A stretch of 64,000 nucleotides of DNA from Candidatus Aenigmatarchaeota archaeon (GTDB lineage: Archaea; Aenigmatarchaeota; Aenigmatarchaeia; Aenigmatarchaeales; JACQIB01), in contig JACQIB010000003.1 in assembly GCA_016198755.1 (NCBI GenBank), forward strand, positions 6,767-70,766, given 5' to 3'. This document shows positions 1 through 10,295 of this stretch, piece after piece. Within the stretch, counting starts at the first letter, position 1, and each line of letters begins with the position of its first letter. The notes under the pieces were generated by a model that saw only the letters and a program-made list of their open reading frames with translations, was not told where the DNA came from and made no database searches. A program made the translations under genes and the position numbers.

Positions 1-347
1 AGAGTATAAAAGAAATACCAGAGGATGTAAGGAAGGTTTTCATAACAGCTCTTGAGATTCCTCCGGAGTGGCACATAAAAATGCAGGCAGCTTTCCAAAA
101 ATATTGTGATTCAGGCATTTCCAAAACAGTTAACCTTCCAAATGAAGCAACGCCAGCAGATATAAAAAAGATATACTTTTTAGCTTGGAGAATGAAATGC
201 AAAACAATCTGTATTTACAGGTATGGTTCCAAGTCTCAGCAGGTATTGTATATAGGAGAGGTGAAAACACGCAAACCAATGAAAAAAGCTGTTATAGTAG
301 AATCCGAATACTCTCCGGATTGCCCAAGTGGAACATGCCCCACCTAA
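1..347 (+). CDS. Ribonucleotide reductase, class II-like, C-terminal fragment (5' end outside window)
   Basis: Frame 3 is open from the window edge (SIKEIPEDVRKVFITALEIPPEWHIKMQAAFQKYCDSGISKTVNLP...AWRMKCKTICIYRYGS). This matches the conserved RNR C-terminal region, and a terminal Cys pair CPSGTC is present. Confidence 0.7.
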   Translation, partial: SIKEIPEDVRKVFITALEIPPEWHIKMQAAFQKYCDSGISKTVNLPNEATPADIKKIYFLAWRMKCKTICIYRYGSKSQQVLYIGEVKTRKPMKKAVIVESEYSPDCPSGTCPT

Positions 348-374
348 ACTGTTTAAATAGTGTAAGAGAACATT

Positions 375-1310
375 TTGTTTATGGTCACAAAACCATATGA
401 TTGTATTATTATAGGAAGTGGTCCTGCAGGTTTAACAGCAGCAATTTACTCTGTGCGTGCAGGGCGCAGTACACTTGTTGTTAGCGGTCCGCTGCCAGGC
501 GGGCAGCTTATGCTTACAGATCTTGTAGAGGATTATCCTGGCTTTCCAGAACCTGTTAAGGGATCTGAGCTTATGGATAGAATGAGAAAACAAGCTGAAA
601 ATCTGGGTGTAAAGTTTATTTCAGGTTCAGCCACTGAAGTTGAATTTAAAGAAAAGCCATTTGTTGTTTTTGTAGATGGGAATCCAGTTAAAGGAAAAAC
701 AGTTATAATAGCTTCCGGTGCCTCAGCAAAAACTCTAGGAATTCCTTCAGAATGGAAGTTTATGGGAAAGGGCGTTTCCACATGCGCAGTATGCGATGCG
801 TTTTTCTATAAAGGAAAAGATATTGTTGTAGTTGGCGGAGGGGATAGTGCAATGAGGGAAGCTCTTTTTTGTTCAAAGATCTGCAAGACAGTTACTGTTA
901 TACACCGCAGGGACAAGCTGAAAGCCCAAAAAGTTTTGCAGGACAGAGCCTTCGCAACAAAAAATATTAAATGGGTGTGGAATACTGAGGTAAAAGATTT
1001 TATTGGAAAAGACAAATTGGATGCAATAAAACTATTGAACAACAAAACCAAGAAGGAAACAACAATGAAAATAGACGGAGTTTTCATAGCGATAGGTCAC
1101 AGGCCCAATACAGATATTTACAAGGGCCAGCTTGAACTTGATGAGAAAGGATACATAGCTGTAAAGGATAGAACAAAAACTTCTGTCCACGGTGTTTTCG
1201 CATCTGGTGATGTGCATGACTATATGTATATGCAGGCTGTAACAGCAGCAGGTGCAGGATGTATGGCTGCGCTTGATGCGAACGAGTTTTTGCAGGGCGA
1301 TGAAAAATGA
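375..1310 (+). CDS. trxB: Thioredoxin reductase
   Basis: FAD motif GSGPAGLTAA, redox-active CAVC, NADPH motif GGGDSAMREA, C-terminal GDV motif. Stop overlaps the next start (ATGA). Confidence 0.9.
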   Translation: MFMVTKPYDCIIIGSGPAGLTAAIYSVRAGRSTLVVSGPLPGGQLMLTDLVEDYPGFPEPVKGSELMDRMRKQAENLGVKFISGSATEVEFKEKPFVVFVDGNPVKGKTVIIASGASAKTLGIPSEWKFMGKGVSTCAVCDAFFYKGKDIVVVGGGDSAMREALFCSKICKTVTVIHRRDKLKAQKVLQDRAFATKNIKWVWNTEVKDFIGKDKLDAIKLLNNKTKKETTMKIDGVFIAIGHRPNTDIYKGQLELDEKGYIAVKDRTKTSVHGVFASGDVHDYMYMQAVTAAGAGCMAALDANEFLQGDEK

Positions 1311-1777
1311 ACAGAGATACGATGAGGAAGATAATGTTGGGTATTATTTTGTTCTCCTTTTTAGGCAGTACATTTACTTTGGCAATATTGTATGCTATTC
1401 CAGGTTCTCCTCCGGGAAAAACAACAACCACCAATCCCTATGTTTTTGAGAACCCTCTGGATCAGGCAAAAGAAAATGAAATACTCTCGGGAGATAATGT
1501 CATAGTTAATTTTTTCTACACATCTCCCTGTCCAGTATGCGATGAGGCTGAAAAGACTCTGGCAAATCTTTACTCTGTTTCCAGAGGGAAAATTTACGTT
1601 GTAAGAATAAACACCGAAATCAATACTCTTTACTCAAGCAGTGTTGGCGTGAAATCTGTTCCAGCCCTTTACGTAAAAGGCACAACAACAGAGCTTTTAA
1701 ACGGAAGTCCCCTACCAACAGAACTCAAAACAAAGGTTTGTTCAAAATATAAGGTTCAACCAGCTTTCTGTTCTTAG
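1307..1777 (+). CDS. Membrane-anchored thioredoxin-fold protein (CPVC active site)
   Basis: N-terminal hydrophobic anchor followed by FFYTSPCPVCDEAEK (CxxC). Translationally coupled to trxB. Confidence 0.6.
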   Translation: MNRDTMRKIMLGIILFSFLGSTFTLAILYAIPGSPPGKTTTTNPYVFENPLDQAKENEILSGDNVIVNFFYTSPCPVCDEAEKTLANLYSVSRGKIYVVRINTEINTLYSSSVGVKSVPALYVKGTTTELLNGSPLPTELKTKVCSKYKVQPAFCS

Positions 1778-1832
1778 GAAATGGCCAAACAATACAGAAG
1801 CCTTTTTATATAGGCTTAGGCTTAAATGAAAC

Positions 1833-4800
1833 ATGAAAGGGGTTCTTGTTTTCACCATTTTAGTTATTTCCCTATTCTCAGTTTCAGCATTTGCTCTTTC
1901 ACCTATTCCTCTACAGGTTTCAACTTCTCTGGACAAAAGCTCTCTTGGTGTTGGTGAAAAACTTATTGTAAGCTCAAAAGTCTCCTATGATGGAACCATG
2001 CTCACAAATGCAACAGTGTCAATGTGGGTGGAACAGGCAGGCTCAAAGGTGGCTATATTGTCTCCGGCAGTTTCCGGTGGCGTATACACAGCCGGTTATG
2101 TTCCAGATAAAGCAGGCTCCTTTAAGGTTAATGTAAACGCTACATATGGGGAATTTTATGCCACAAGTTCTACAGATTTTTCTGTCCAATCAGTACAGAC
2201 AACTGTTACAACTTCAACTACTATTCCGCCCAAAGCCATTTCAGATACAGTGAAAAACCTGAATACCAGATACTTTCCTGCAGATTATTTTGAGCCAAGG
2301 ATAACAATAACAGATGAGAATGGAAAAGTTGTAACAGATGCTTCTGTTGCAGGCAGTATTTCCCAGAATGGCGTGAACATACAAACTCTCTATTTCTTTT
2401 ATTCAAATCTCTGCGATTGTTACAAGTCTTCAGCTTATTTGAAAGAGAGCATGATTGGAGGTTATTCGTTGGACTTTACAGCCACCAAATCAGGCTATCC
2501 CTCCCTGAAAAAAAGCTATCCGTTTACAATAGATAAACCAACACTTCTCGTAACTGTCAAGTCTGAAAAAGAGACATATTACGGGGAGGAAAATGCAGTG
2601 TTTTACATAACAGCCACAGACAAATCCGGAACATCAGTTGACGCTTCTTTTTCCGGAGAATTAAGAGACGAGAAGGGCTTTCTTATAAATCAGGTATATC
2701 CATTCAGAGACGGAAATCAGTATAAATACAGCTATTATATTGGAAGGGATCAAGTAGGGAAGACGCTTACACTTAAAATAACAGGTACATGGAAAGAACA
2801 AAAAACAGATTCTTCAGTTTCCATAGCAATACAAAAAAGAACGCTTTCTGTGGACGTTTCACTTTCCAGTGAAAATCTGAAAGCCGGAGACTATTTGCGC
2901 GGGAAAATAAAGGTAACAGACCAGTTTGGAACTGCTGTAAAGGATGCTTTCGTGGATGCTAATCTGTTCGATCCGCAGGGAAAGAGCATTTCCTATTTCA
3001 CATCAAGTTTCAAAGATGGTGTATACGAGCTTGATCAAAGAAGAGTTGAAGATTGGTTTTCAAGCGGAACATATATTTTAAAGATAAAAATCGACAAAAC
3101 TGGAGATACAAGCTTTATAGAAAAGAAAATAACTATACAGAAAGACAAGCTGGGTCTTATAATTGAGTTCGATAAACCCAACTACAGGCCGGGTGACAGG
3201 GTTTTTGTTAAGTTTCTTGTTACTTCCCCAACAGGAGAGGTTCTGAGTGATGCATTTGTATCAGGTGAACTTTTCCCACTGACAACCGAAACAAGAAAGC
3301 TTCCGGAATTCCCACCACAACCACAAGTCTGCAGGAATTACATAAATCCACAAGGTCCGATATTTTACAAAGGTCAGTTTATACAAAAATACTATGTTGG
3401 AGAAACCTTCCTAAATGACTTTTGTCCAGAAGGAAAATATGCGCTTAGAATTAAAGTAGAAAGGCAGGGATACGAGCCAATAACAGAAGAGAGGGAGATA
3501 GAAGTAACACTCACAAACATGCTTATGGAAACCGGCACTAAGGTTACAGCAGAAGTTGATGCAAGAGTGGATATGTATGCTGAATTAAAGGATGAGCGCG
3601 GAAACTTCATCAAGGACGCGCAGATATTTGGCTATATTCACCCGGAAGCTGGAGGCGGATGCATAAAGAATTTTGATATGTTCTGGGACTTTAAAACAAA
3701 CAGGTTTAGTTCAAACCAATATCTAAATAGGTACGAGTGCCCTGAGGGCAATTATATCGTAGAGATAAATGCAAAGCACAGGAACTTCCGCCCAGTAAAC
3801 ACAACACAAGTTATTTTAGTAAAATACAATAAGAATTTTGAATATAGGGATATAAGACCCATAGCAATCCCAGTGCCTATAGGACCCAATGGACCTCCAC
3901 CTGAGCAGTGCCAAGTGGTTTCCTGTGGTCCAAATTGTTTTGAAAAGTTTTGCGGTCCGCCAGCATGCACAAAAACTCAGGATGTTGCATGCGTTTCCAA
4001 TTGTAAATCCCTTAACATAGAACAGGTAGGCATACAGACAGTACAGACCTGTTTGCAGCAGTGTGAGAAGGAGCAGTGCAATTATCCTCAGTCATCCTCA
4101 CAGGATGACATAAGGCAAAAGCTTGACCAGATACAAAAGGATGTGAGGGATACAAAGCAGCAGGTCAATGTTGTTGAAGGATTGTTAAGGTCTATAATAG
4201 ATTTCATAAACTCTCTATTTGGAACCAAGACAGCAGAAATAAGGCCGATTACAACACTCCCACCATCAACTTTTATTCAGACTCCAACAACCCCAATAGT
4301 AACATCAGTCCCACAGGTACCATTAACAAAACCTCTGCTTATAGACACATCTAATGCACCTCTAAAAGGCGGTTCAAAAGCAAAGGTTTCACTTATAATT
4401 TTCTCTGATTTTCAGGATCCATTCTATGGGCGCTTTATTAGAACAACTCTTCCTGATATAGAGAAAGAATATGTTTCAACAGGCAGAGTAAATATTTACT
4501 TCAAGCATTTCCCTCTGAGTTTCCACCCGGATGCACAGAAAGCTTCTGAAGCTGCAGCATGTGCACAGGATCAGGGCAAATTCTGGGAATATCATGATTC
4601 TCTCATAAACAATCAGGCAGCTCTAGATTCAGACAGCCTAAAGAAATATGCGCTTAGTCTTGGTCTTGATTCTGTAAAGTTTGACAGCTGCCTAGATTCT
4701 AGACTTAAGTTCTCTGTTGTCAACAAAGATATGCAGGAAGCAGAGAAGATTGGTGTTTCAGGCAGTCCAACCTTCTTTACGAAGAACAAAATGCTCGTGG

Positions 4801-4859
4801 GTGCTCAGCCATATCCAGACTTTAAAGCCCTATTAGACAGTGAATTGTCAATTGCCTAA
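1833..4859 (+). CDS. Large secreted protein: signal peptide, repeated MG/Ig-like domains, Cys-rich linker, C-terminal DsbA-like domain lacking CxxC
   Basis: Signal-like N-terminus. Repeats of the type DKPNYRPGDRVFVKFLVTSPTGEVL resemble macroglobulin MG domains. About 20 Cys lie in CQVVSCGPNCFEKFCGPPAC... The C-terminus matches the DsbA/Thioredoxin_4 pattern, but FSDFQCPxC reads FSDFQDPFYGRF. Confidence 0.7.
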   Translation: MKGVLVFTILVISLFSVSAFALSPIPLQVSTSLDKSSLGVGEKLIVSSKVSYDGTMLTNATVSMWVEQAGSKVAILSPAVSGGVYTAGYVPDKAGSFKVNVNATYGEFYATSSTDFSVQSVQTTVTTSTTIPPKAISDTVKNLNTRYFPADYFEPRITITDENGKVVTDASVAGSISQNGVNIQTLYFFYSNLCDCYKSSAYLKESMIGGYSLDFTATKSGYPSLKKSYPFTIDKPTLLVTVKSEKETYYGEENAVFYITATDKSGTSVDASFSGELRDEKGFLINQVYPFRDGNQYKYSYYIGRDQVGKTLTLKITGTWKEQKTDSSVSIAIQKRTLSVDVSLSSENLKAGDYLRGKIKVTDQFGTAVKDAFVDANLFDPQGKSISYFTSSFKDGVYELDQRRVEDWFSSGTYILKIKIDKTGDTSFIEKKITIQKDKLGLIIEFDKPNYRPGDRVFVKFLVTSPTGEVLSDAFVSGELFPLTTETRKLPEFPPQPQVCRNYINPQGPIFYKGQFIQKYYVGETFLNDFCPEGKYALRIKVERQGYEPITEEREIEVTLTNMLMETGTKVTAEVDARVDMYAELKDERGNFIKDAQIFGYIHPEAGGGCIKNFDMFWDFKTNRFSSNQYLNRYECPEGNYIVEINAKHRNFRPVNTTQVILVKYNKNFEYRDIRPIAIPVPIGPNGPPPEQCQVVSCGPNCFEKFCGPPACTKTQDVACVSNCKSLNIEQVGIQTVQTCLQQCEKEQCNYPQSSSQDDIRQKLDQIQKDVRDTKQQVNVVEGLLRSIIDFINSLFGTKTAEIRPITTLPPSTFIQTPTTPIVTSVPQVPLTKPLLIDTSNAPLKGGSKAKVSLIIFSDFQDPFYGRFIRTTLPDIEKEYVSTGRVNIYFKHFPLSFHPDAQKASEAAACAQDQGKFWEYHDSLINNQAALDSDSLKKYALSLGLDSVKFDSCLDSRLKFSVVNKDMQEAEKIGVSGSPTFFTKNKMLVGAQPYPDFKALLDSELSIA

Positions 4860-4990
4860 TCATTCATCTCCTTTTTCATTTTCCTTATATTCTGCAGCAA
4901 TTGTTCTCTGTCTATACCAAGCTTTCCAGCAGCTTCATCCAATATAGCTTCTTTCTTCCTTAAAACTTCTACTTTCTTTTTTTCCATCAT
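4856..4990 (-). CDS. Possible small coiled-coil protein (44 aa), not in the ORF track
   Basis: MMEKKKVEVLRKKEAILDEAAGKLGIDREQLLQNIRKMKKEMND. Its ATG overlaps the TGA of the upstream HAD gene (ATGA coupling). Confidence 0.25.
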   Translation of the reverse strand: MMEKKKVEVLRKKEAILDEAAGKLGIDREQLLQNIRKMKKEMND

Positions 4991-5643
4991 ACCAACCTCA
5001 GTCTTGTTATATTGTTTAGCAGCATAAATGGCTTTAGTTTTTTTCCCTGCTTCTTGTGCAGTGCCCCAGTAAGAACAATAACTGTCTTTATTCCAGTCCT
5101 CTTACCCATTATGTAATCATTCATTGCATCCCCAGCATACAAAACCTCCCTCTTTCTAAACCCAAAACGCTTCAAAACTTTTTTCAACATCTCAGGTGCT
5201 GGTTTTCCTCTTCTAACTTTATCATCCCCTATAACGTAGTCAAAATATTTGTATATACCCATGAACTTAAGCCAGTTATTTACAACTTTTGTGTCATTCC
5301 CAGAAGCTACAGCCAATTTTATTCCATTTAGTTTGAGTTTTGCCAAAAACTTATCTAATCCCTTTATTTTCCTGAAATTTTTAGGATAGTTTTTATCTAA
5401 AATTATCTTATAGAAATTTTCCAAAACCTCCTTTTTCCTACCATCTGCTCCGCACAGTTCATCTACTATCTCCACATATCCGCGCCCCATCTCTTTCAAT
5501 ACATCCAGTTTTGTTGGGGCTTTGTATCCTGCGCTAAGCATGGCCTTTCTCCAGGAAACAGCATGTATATGTGAAGACCTTGTAAGTGTTCCGTCAAAAT
5601 CTGTTACAAGAAGTTTTATTCCATTAATTCCTTTCTTACCCAC
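4987..5643 (-). CDS. HAD-superfamily hydrolase (phosphatase / beta-phosphoglucomutase-like)
   Basis: Motif I LLVTDFDGTL, motif IV GDAMNDY, Lys motif RGKPAPE. Confidence 0.8.
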   Translation of the reverse strand: MGKKGINGIKLLVTDFDGTLTRSSHIHAVSWRKAMLSAGYKAPTKLDVLKEMGRGYVEIVDELCGADGRKKEVLENFYKIILDKNYPKNFRKIKGLDKFLAKLKLNGIKLAVASGNDTKVVNNWLKFMGIYKYFDYVIGDDKVRRGKPAPEMLKKVLKRFGFRKREVLYAGDAMNDYIMGKRTGIKTVIVLTGALHKKQGKKLKPFMLLNNITRLRLV

Positions 5644-8330
5644 TCCAACACCTCTCCAATCTTTTCTTTATTTTGTCCAATACCCTGCGCAAGCTCCTGT
5701 CTCCCCCCTCCCCTACCTCCAAGTTTCTCGCATGCAGTTTTCAAAACCTTCCCAACATCTACCCCAGTTTCAATAGCCTTTTTCCCAGCAGATGCAAATA
5801 CAGAAATCCTTTCTCCGGAAATTATAAGGAATATAACAGTATCATCTCCGCTAAGTTCCTTTGAAATTTTTTGTGCATCAGCCCCCTCCAAAGCTTTAAT
5901 CAAAAACTTCAGTCCTTTTACTTCCTCAAACTTGAGCTGCGCAGCAGTTTCCTTTGCAGCAGCTTCTATTTTCCGTTCCTTTAGTTTCAAATGATTTTTC
6001 CAATCTACAAACAGCTTTTCTACAGCTTTTGGTATTTTTCCCTCAGGCACATCCAAAATATCAGAAAGCTCTTTAATTTCCCTTCCCACTCCCTCCAGAT
6101 GTTTTATTGCAGCAGGCCCAGCTTTGTAAACAAGTCTTACAGTCCCGTCAGCAGGCCTCTCAGCCTTTGTAATCAAAATAGGGAACAAATCTTTCGTATT
6201 GTTTCCGTGTGTCCCCCCACAAGCTTCGACACTAAAATCTCCTATCTGCACAATCCTTAACTTATCAGAAGGCACAGCAGCACCCTGATAAATTTTAAAT
6301 CCAAATTTTTTCTCAGCTTTAGTGCGATCCCACACTCTTTTATCAACATTTAAGCCCCTTTCAGCTACTTTATTAGCTAGGGTTTCAATCTTTTCAACAT
6401 CTTCCTTGCTAAGTGGTTGATAGTGATCAATATCTAAATGTGCTCTTTCAGTGTCTTTCTTTGAACCCTCCTGCCAAACCCAAGGACCCAGAACTTTCCG
6501 TGCTGCTGCATTGATTACATGTGTTGCATCATGGTGCAGAGTAATCTGCCATCTGCGTTCCCAGTCAATTTTCCCTTTAATTATCTCCCCTACCTTGAAG
6601 TTTGGATTTTCAACAGCATGTACAATAACACCGTTGATCTTTTCCGAATCAAAAACTCTCTTCCCGTTTAGAGTTCCAAAATCCGGTTCCTGACCGCCGC
6701 CACGCGGATAGAAAAGGGTTTTATCCAGTACTACAAATTTCCCCCCAATAATCTTCAACACTCTGGCCGAAAATTCCCGTTTTTCCATGTCTTCATAATA
6801 AAGCAGCTCTGTTTCAGGAAGACCTGATATATCTATATCAGATACTTTCTTTTCTCCCTTTTCTACAGTATGCAGGTCAGCTACATTTGCCCAAAATCCA
6901 GCAGGAAGTTCTATCTTGAGGCCCTTTTCTGCTGCAACTTGTGCAATCAATTCGGGTGTTATGCCCTGGCTATCATACAATTCAGCAAGCTTATCTTCCG
7001 TTAGTTTTTCATGCCTGCCAAGAAGATTATCTATAGCCCGTTTCGTTCGCTCCGTTGCATTCTTGTAACGTTTCTCTTCCACACCTATTATTTCATGTAT
7101 TGCTGGCAGAGCTTCACGCAATTCCGGAAACATAGGCTTAAGAAATTCTGCCATCTTTTCAGTCGACCAATAAAGATCAAATGGAATGTTATATTTTTCA
7201 ATAAAAGATAATGCTCTTCTCAAAATAACGCGCAGGTTATAGCCACCCCCGATATTTGATGGCAAACCACCATCAGCTATAGCAAGAGCCAAAGTTTTTG
7301 AATGGTCAGCAATAGAATAGAGGGCAGTCATAGGATCTATTTTTTGTACAAGCTCAGACTTGTCAATTCCTAAAATATGGGCAATATCTTCGCGCGTTGC
7401 TTCTAAGTCAGGACATTCATCAAAGTTCAACCTTCCCGCAAGCTTAGAGTATCTAAGGAAAAGCTCCTTGTCGTATTTTATACCAGCTTTAGCTTTCATT
7501 TTATCTATAACTTCCCCATAAACAGCATCGTAAATTGTTGGAGTACCTGCGCTGGCCCATACAAATCTTTCCAAGCCGGCTCCCATATCTATAACTTTTT
7601 GTTGCATAACAGTGTAGTTATCTGGAGAACCGGCAAATTCTGTGAAGACACAATTTCCAAGCTCAACACCAGCTATATGGTATTCTAGACTAGATCCAAA
7701 TGCACCATGGCCCAGCCACGCATCTTCCAGGAAATTTATTGCCTCAGGTTTTATTTTGAAAACTTCTGTAAGCATCCTATAGTCAAGTCCTATAGCATGG
7801 TCTTTCCAGTAACCTTGTTTTCCATCCCACAAGGCGCTTTGCTGTACCATACAGAATGATGTGTCAGCCCTGCCTGTGACGCCAATATTAGGAATGTTAT
7901 TAAACCTAAGGCATGGTTGCAACATGATAGAAGGATTAGCTGGAAATTCAAACGTCAATTTATTTCCGCTCATTCTGTAAAAATTTACAATACCCGCTAT
8001 ATTGAAGTATAGAGGATACCATCTGCAGAGTACAGGATATCTTTCCAGAGGCACATGTTCCTCCTTCACAAAGAACTTTCTTATAGCATCCCATGCACTG
8101 AAGTAGCTATATTTTTTAGGTATGAAGGGTTTTCCAAGAAATTCATATGGCCTGCAGGATGAGTCATTACATTTATCCTGATCTACAACAGCCCAGAACC
8201 ATTTTCCGCAGTTTTTGCAGTTCTGCCTTTTGAAGCCATTCTCTCTGAGTATAGGTAAATCCCAGTATTTTTTCCAGTCTTTCTGGAAGTTGGCTAAAAG
8301 CTCTTTCTTCCCTGTGGGCATAAGAAACAC
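5616..8330 (-). CDS. alaS: Alanyl-tRNA synthetase (archaeal type)
   Basis: 904 aa. Class II core, editing-domain HxxxH (HHDATH) and CGGTH, C-terminal DHHA1-like GGGRGG. The likely true start is the ATG at 8321 (MPTGKK), with a TATA-like element about 27 nt upstream. Confidence 0.95.
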   Translation of the reverse strand: MFLMPTGKKELLANFQKDWKKYWDLPILRENGFKRQNCKNCGKWFWAVVDQDKCNDSSCRPYEFLGKPFIPKKYSYFSAWDAIRKFFVKEEHVPLERYPVLCRWYPLYFNIAGIVNFYRMSGNKLTFEFPANPSIMLQPCLRFNNIPNIGVTGRADTSFCMVQQSALWDGKQGYWKDHAIGLDYRMLTEVFKIKPEAINFLEDAWLGHGAFGSSLEYHIAGVELGNCVFTEFAGSPDNYTVMQQKVIDMGAGLERFVWASAGTPTIYDAVYGEVIDKMKAKAGIKYDKELFLRYSKLAGRLNFDECPDLEATREDIAHILGIDKSELVQKIDPMTALYSIADHSKTLALAIADGGLPSNIGGGYNLRVILRRALSFIEKYNIPFDLYWSTEKMAEFLKPMFPELREALPAIHEIIGVEEKRYKNATERTKRAIDNLLGRHEKLTEDKLAELYDSQGITPELIAQVAAEKGLKIELPAGFWANVADLHTVEKGEKKVSDIDISGLPETELLYYEDMEKREFSARVLKIIGGKFVVLDKTLFYPRGGGQEPDFGTLNGKRVFDSEKINGVIVHAVENPNFKVGEIIKGKIDWERRWQITLHHDATHVINAAARKVLGPWVWQEGSKKDTERAHLDIDHYQPLSKEDVEKIETLANKVAERGLNVDKRVWDRTKAEKKFGFKIYQGAAVPSDKLRIVQIGDFSVEACGGTHGNNTKDLFPILITKAERPADGTVRLVYKAGPAAIKHLEGVGREIKELSDILDVPEGKIPKAVEKLFVDWKNHLKLKERKIEAAAKETAAQLKFEEVKGLKFLIKALEGADAQKISKELSGDDTVIFLIISGERISVFASAGKKAIETGVDVGKVLKTACEKLGGRGGGRQELAQGIGQNKEKIGEVLEWVRKELME

Positions 8331-8394
8331 TGATTTTCTATACTAAAATAGCTAACTGAGTAAGCAGTTTGGTTTCATAGCTAAAAACTAAAGC

Positions 8395-8697
8395 TCAACC
8401 GAACAAAGCTCCGAGTCCCTCCGCGGCTTGCTCTGCTTTTGCCTGCTGATCTTCCTCTTTCTTCTCTTCCTTCTTTGCCTCTCCCGCTCCTGCAGCTGGT
8501 GCTGAAGCAACAGCAACTGGCATTGCAGCCTTTGATATAGCTTCTTCTATGTTAACGCCCTCTAGGCTCACAACCAAAGCCTTTACAAGAGCAGGGTCTG
8601 AATTACCGCCTGCAGCCTGTAGTACCTTTGTTACATTTGCCTCGCTTATCTGCTGCTTTGCATCATGGAGCAAAAGTGCACTGTATATTAATTGCAT
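8395..8697 (-). CDS. rpl12: Ribosomal stalk protein P1 (L12e)
   Basis: [12 protein letters not shown]-terminus, Ala/Glu/Lys-rich hinge, C-terminal tail [16 protein letters not shown] Shine-Dalgarno upstream. Confidence 0.9.
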   Translation of the reverse strand: MQLIYSALLLHDAKQQISEANVTKVLQAAGGNSDPALVKALVVSLEGVNIEEAISKAAMPVAVASAPAAGAGEAKKEEKKEEDQQAKAEQAAEGLGALFG

Positions 8698-8711
8698 TTT
8701 TTCACCTCCTT

Positions 8712-9566
8712 TTATTTTTTAACTAAATTTTGTAAAGCTTTAGCCTGCCTTCCAGCCTTTGTTAAAACATCCTCTATAATCCCCTTATCCAAAATCCCAG
8801 CTTCCACTCCAACAGCTTTTGCTTCTCTGTAGGATTTCGAAATCATAAGTTCTATTGTTTGCTTTGTTGGGAAGCCTGTGTTTACAGAGAGGTTAATACC
8901 ATGCAGTGTCCCCATCTGTAAATCAGCCAGAACTTTATTCTCATCTATAGTCAAACTATCTTTACCATACACAATAGAATCCTCAAGCATGAAAGGCACA
9001 TTCATACCCACTTCCATTGGCTGGATTTTTAACATAGACAAAGCACCAGCCAAATCCGCGGAAATAACACCCCCCTTCTTTACAACAACCACATCCTTTG
9101 CAACAGCAATTTTTCCACCTTCAACTTTCGCAGGGATTTTAACTTTTGATAAAGCTGAAATAGCAGGTCCTGGAGGAATGTCTGTTGGCCCTGCCCGTAC
9201 AGTTATATCATCTATTGCAATATCCCCGGGTTTTGCACTGGCCTTTGACTTGCTTTTTTGTATAAGCTTGAATATTCTGAATGGATTTTCAGTGGAAAAT
9301 ATAAGCGCAGGCTGTATTCCCAGTTTCTCTTTCAAAACAATCTTTTCAGGAACAATATCAAAAGCACGTTCAACAATGCTGCGTTTTGCAACCTTTATTT
9401 CTGCTTTCCCTCTCAGGCTAACCCTCATTTTTTGCAGTGCATTTGCAGGGAGTTTATACAGGTCAGCTATGCCTATAACAGGATATTTTTTCAGCATTTC
9501 AGCTAAATCTTTCACACCTTTTATTTTTGATTCCGGAGGCTTTGCTCTCCCTTTCTTATCAACCAT
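8712..9566 (-). CDS. rpl10: Ribosomal stalk protein P0 (uL10), short form without acidic C-terminal tail
   Basis: uL10 N-terminal domain and position in the L1-P0-P1 cluster. Ends ...[11 protein letters not shown] with no acidic/LFG tail. Confidence 0.9.
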   Translation of the reverse strand: MVDKKGRAKPPESKIKGVKDLAEMLKKYPVIGIADLYKLPANALQKMRVSLRGKAEIKVAKRSIVERAFDIVPEKIVLKEKLGIQPALIFSTENPFRIFKLIQKSKSKASAKPGDIAIDDITVRAGPTDIPPGPAISALSKVKIPAKVEGGKIAVAKDVVVVKKGGVISADLAGALSMLKIQPMEVGMNVPFMLEDSIVYGKDSLTIDENKVLADLQMGTLHGINLSVNTGFPTKQTIELMISKSYREAKAVGVEAGILDKGIIEDVLTKAGRQAKALQNLVKK

Positions 9567-10209
9567 TTTGTCCCACCTTTATTGGTTCTCCCATTGTCAG
9601 CTTCAGATAAACTGTCCTTATCTGTTCCTTTCCTTTTGGAGCAGCTCCCTCAACAGCTTTTATAACAGCTTCCACATTCTCAGCTATATCCCCATCTGCC
9701 ATTTTTTCAGATCCAACAATACAGTTTAAAACAGGAGATTCCTTTACAGCAAGTCTTATTGTTCCTCTAAGGCGTTTAACAAAACCCGCAAGATCAGGAA
9801 GATTTGGCGGTATTGGTTTTGGCATCTTATTTCTGACAGCAAGCACAGGACCGAATGCCCTACCGACAGTTGGCATTAAAGGAGCTTCAGAAAGGAAAGC
9901 AAAACACTGCTTAGCAAGTGAACGTGCAGATTTTTTATCCCTAGAGTATCCTTCAATTTCATCCTTTTTAATAATAACAATATTTTCTATATTTTTTGCA
10001 GCAGGTATAAGTGCATCCAGAAACGCGCCAATTTTCAGCTCTTTTCCAATGCCTTTAGGGAGAGCAATTTCTACCTTTATCTTATTTTCAGGCTTTTTCA
10101 TGTCCATTCCTTTCAAAGCTATAGACAAGTCAAAAGACTGGGAAAAGTTTCTCTTTCCTCCTTTCTCTCTAGCTTCCTTTACAGCTTTCAATATGGCTTC
10201 TGACGTCAT
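9559..10209 (-). CDS. rpl1: Ribosomal protein uL1
   Basis: 216 aa, L1 family pattern (KRNFSQSFDLSIALKG...), cluster context. Confidence 0.9.
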   Translation of the reverse strand: MTSEAILKAVKEAREKGGKRNFSQSFDLSIALKGMDMKKPENKIKVEIALPKGIGKELKIGAFLDALIPAAKNIENIVIIKKDEIEGYSRDKKSARSLAKQCFAFLSEAPLMPTVGRAFGPVLAVRNKMPKPIPPNLPDLAGFVKRLRGTIRLAVKESPVLNCIVGSEKMADGDIAENVEAVIKAVEGAAPKGKEQIRTVYLKLTMGEPIKVGQNG

Positions 10210-10295
10210 TTTTAAAACCTTCGCACGATTGCTCCTGCCTAGGCAGTGCTGCTATATCAATCCTAAAGAAAGTATTTAAACCTTTCCAAAGCTCC

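Noticed and set aside
8878-9729. 283-aa plus-strand ORF antisense to P0/L1. Similar long antisense ORFs occur at 10958-11644, 22355-22969, 28434-28928, 30278-30817, 44765-45667, 48088-48615 and 49562-50140.
   Set aside because: Each lies fully opposite a confidently identified gene. The translations are low-complexity (Ser/Phe/Ile/Pro-rich) with no motifs, typical of shadow ORFs in AT-rich coding DNA.
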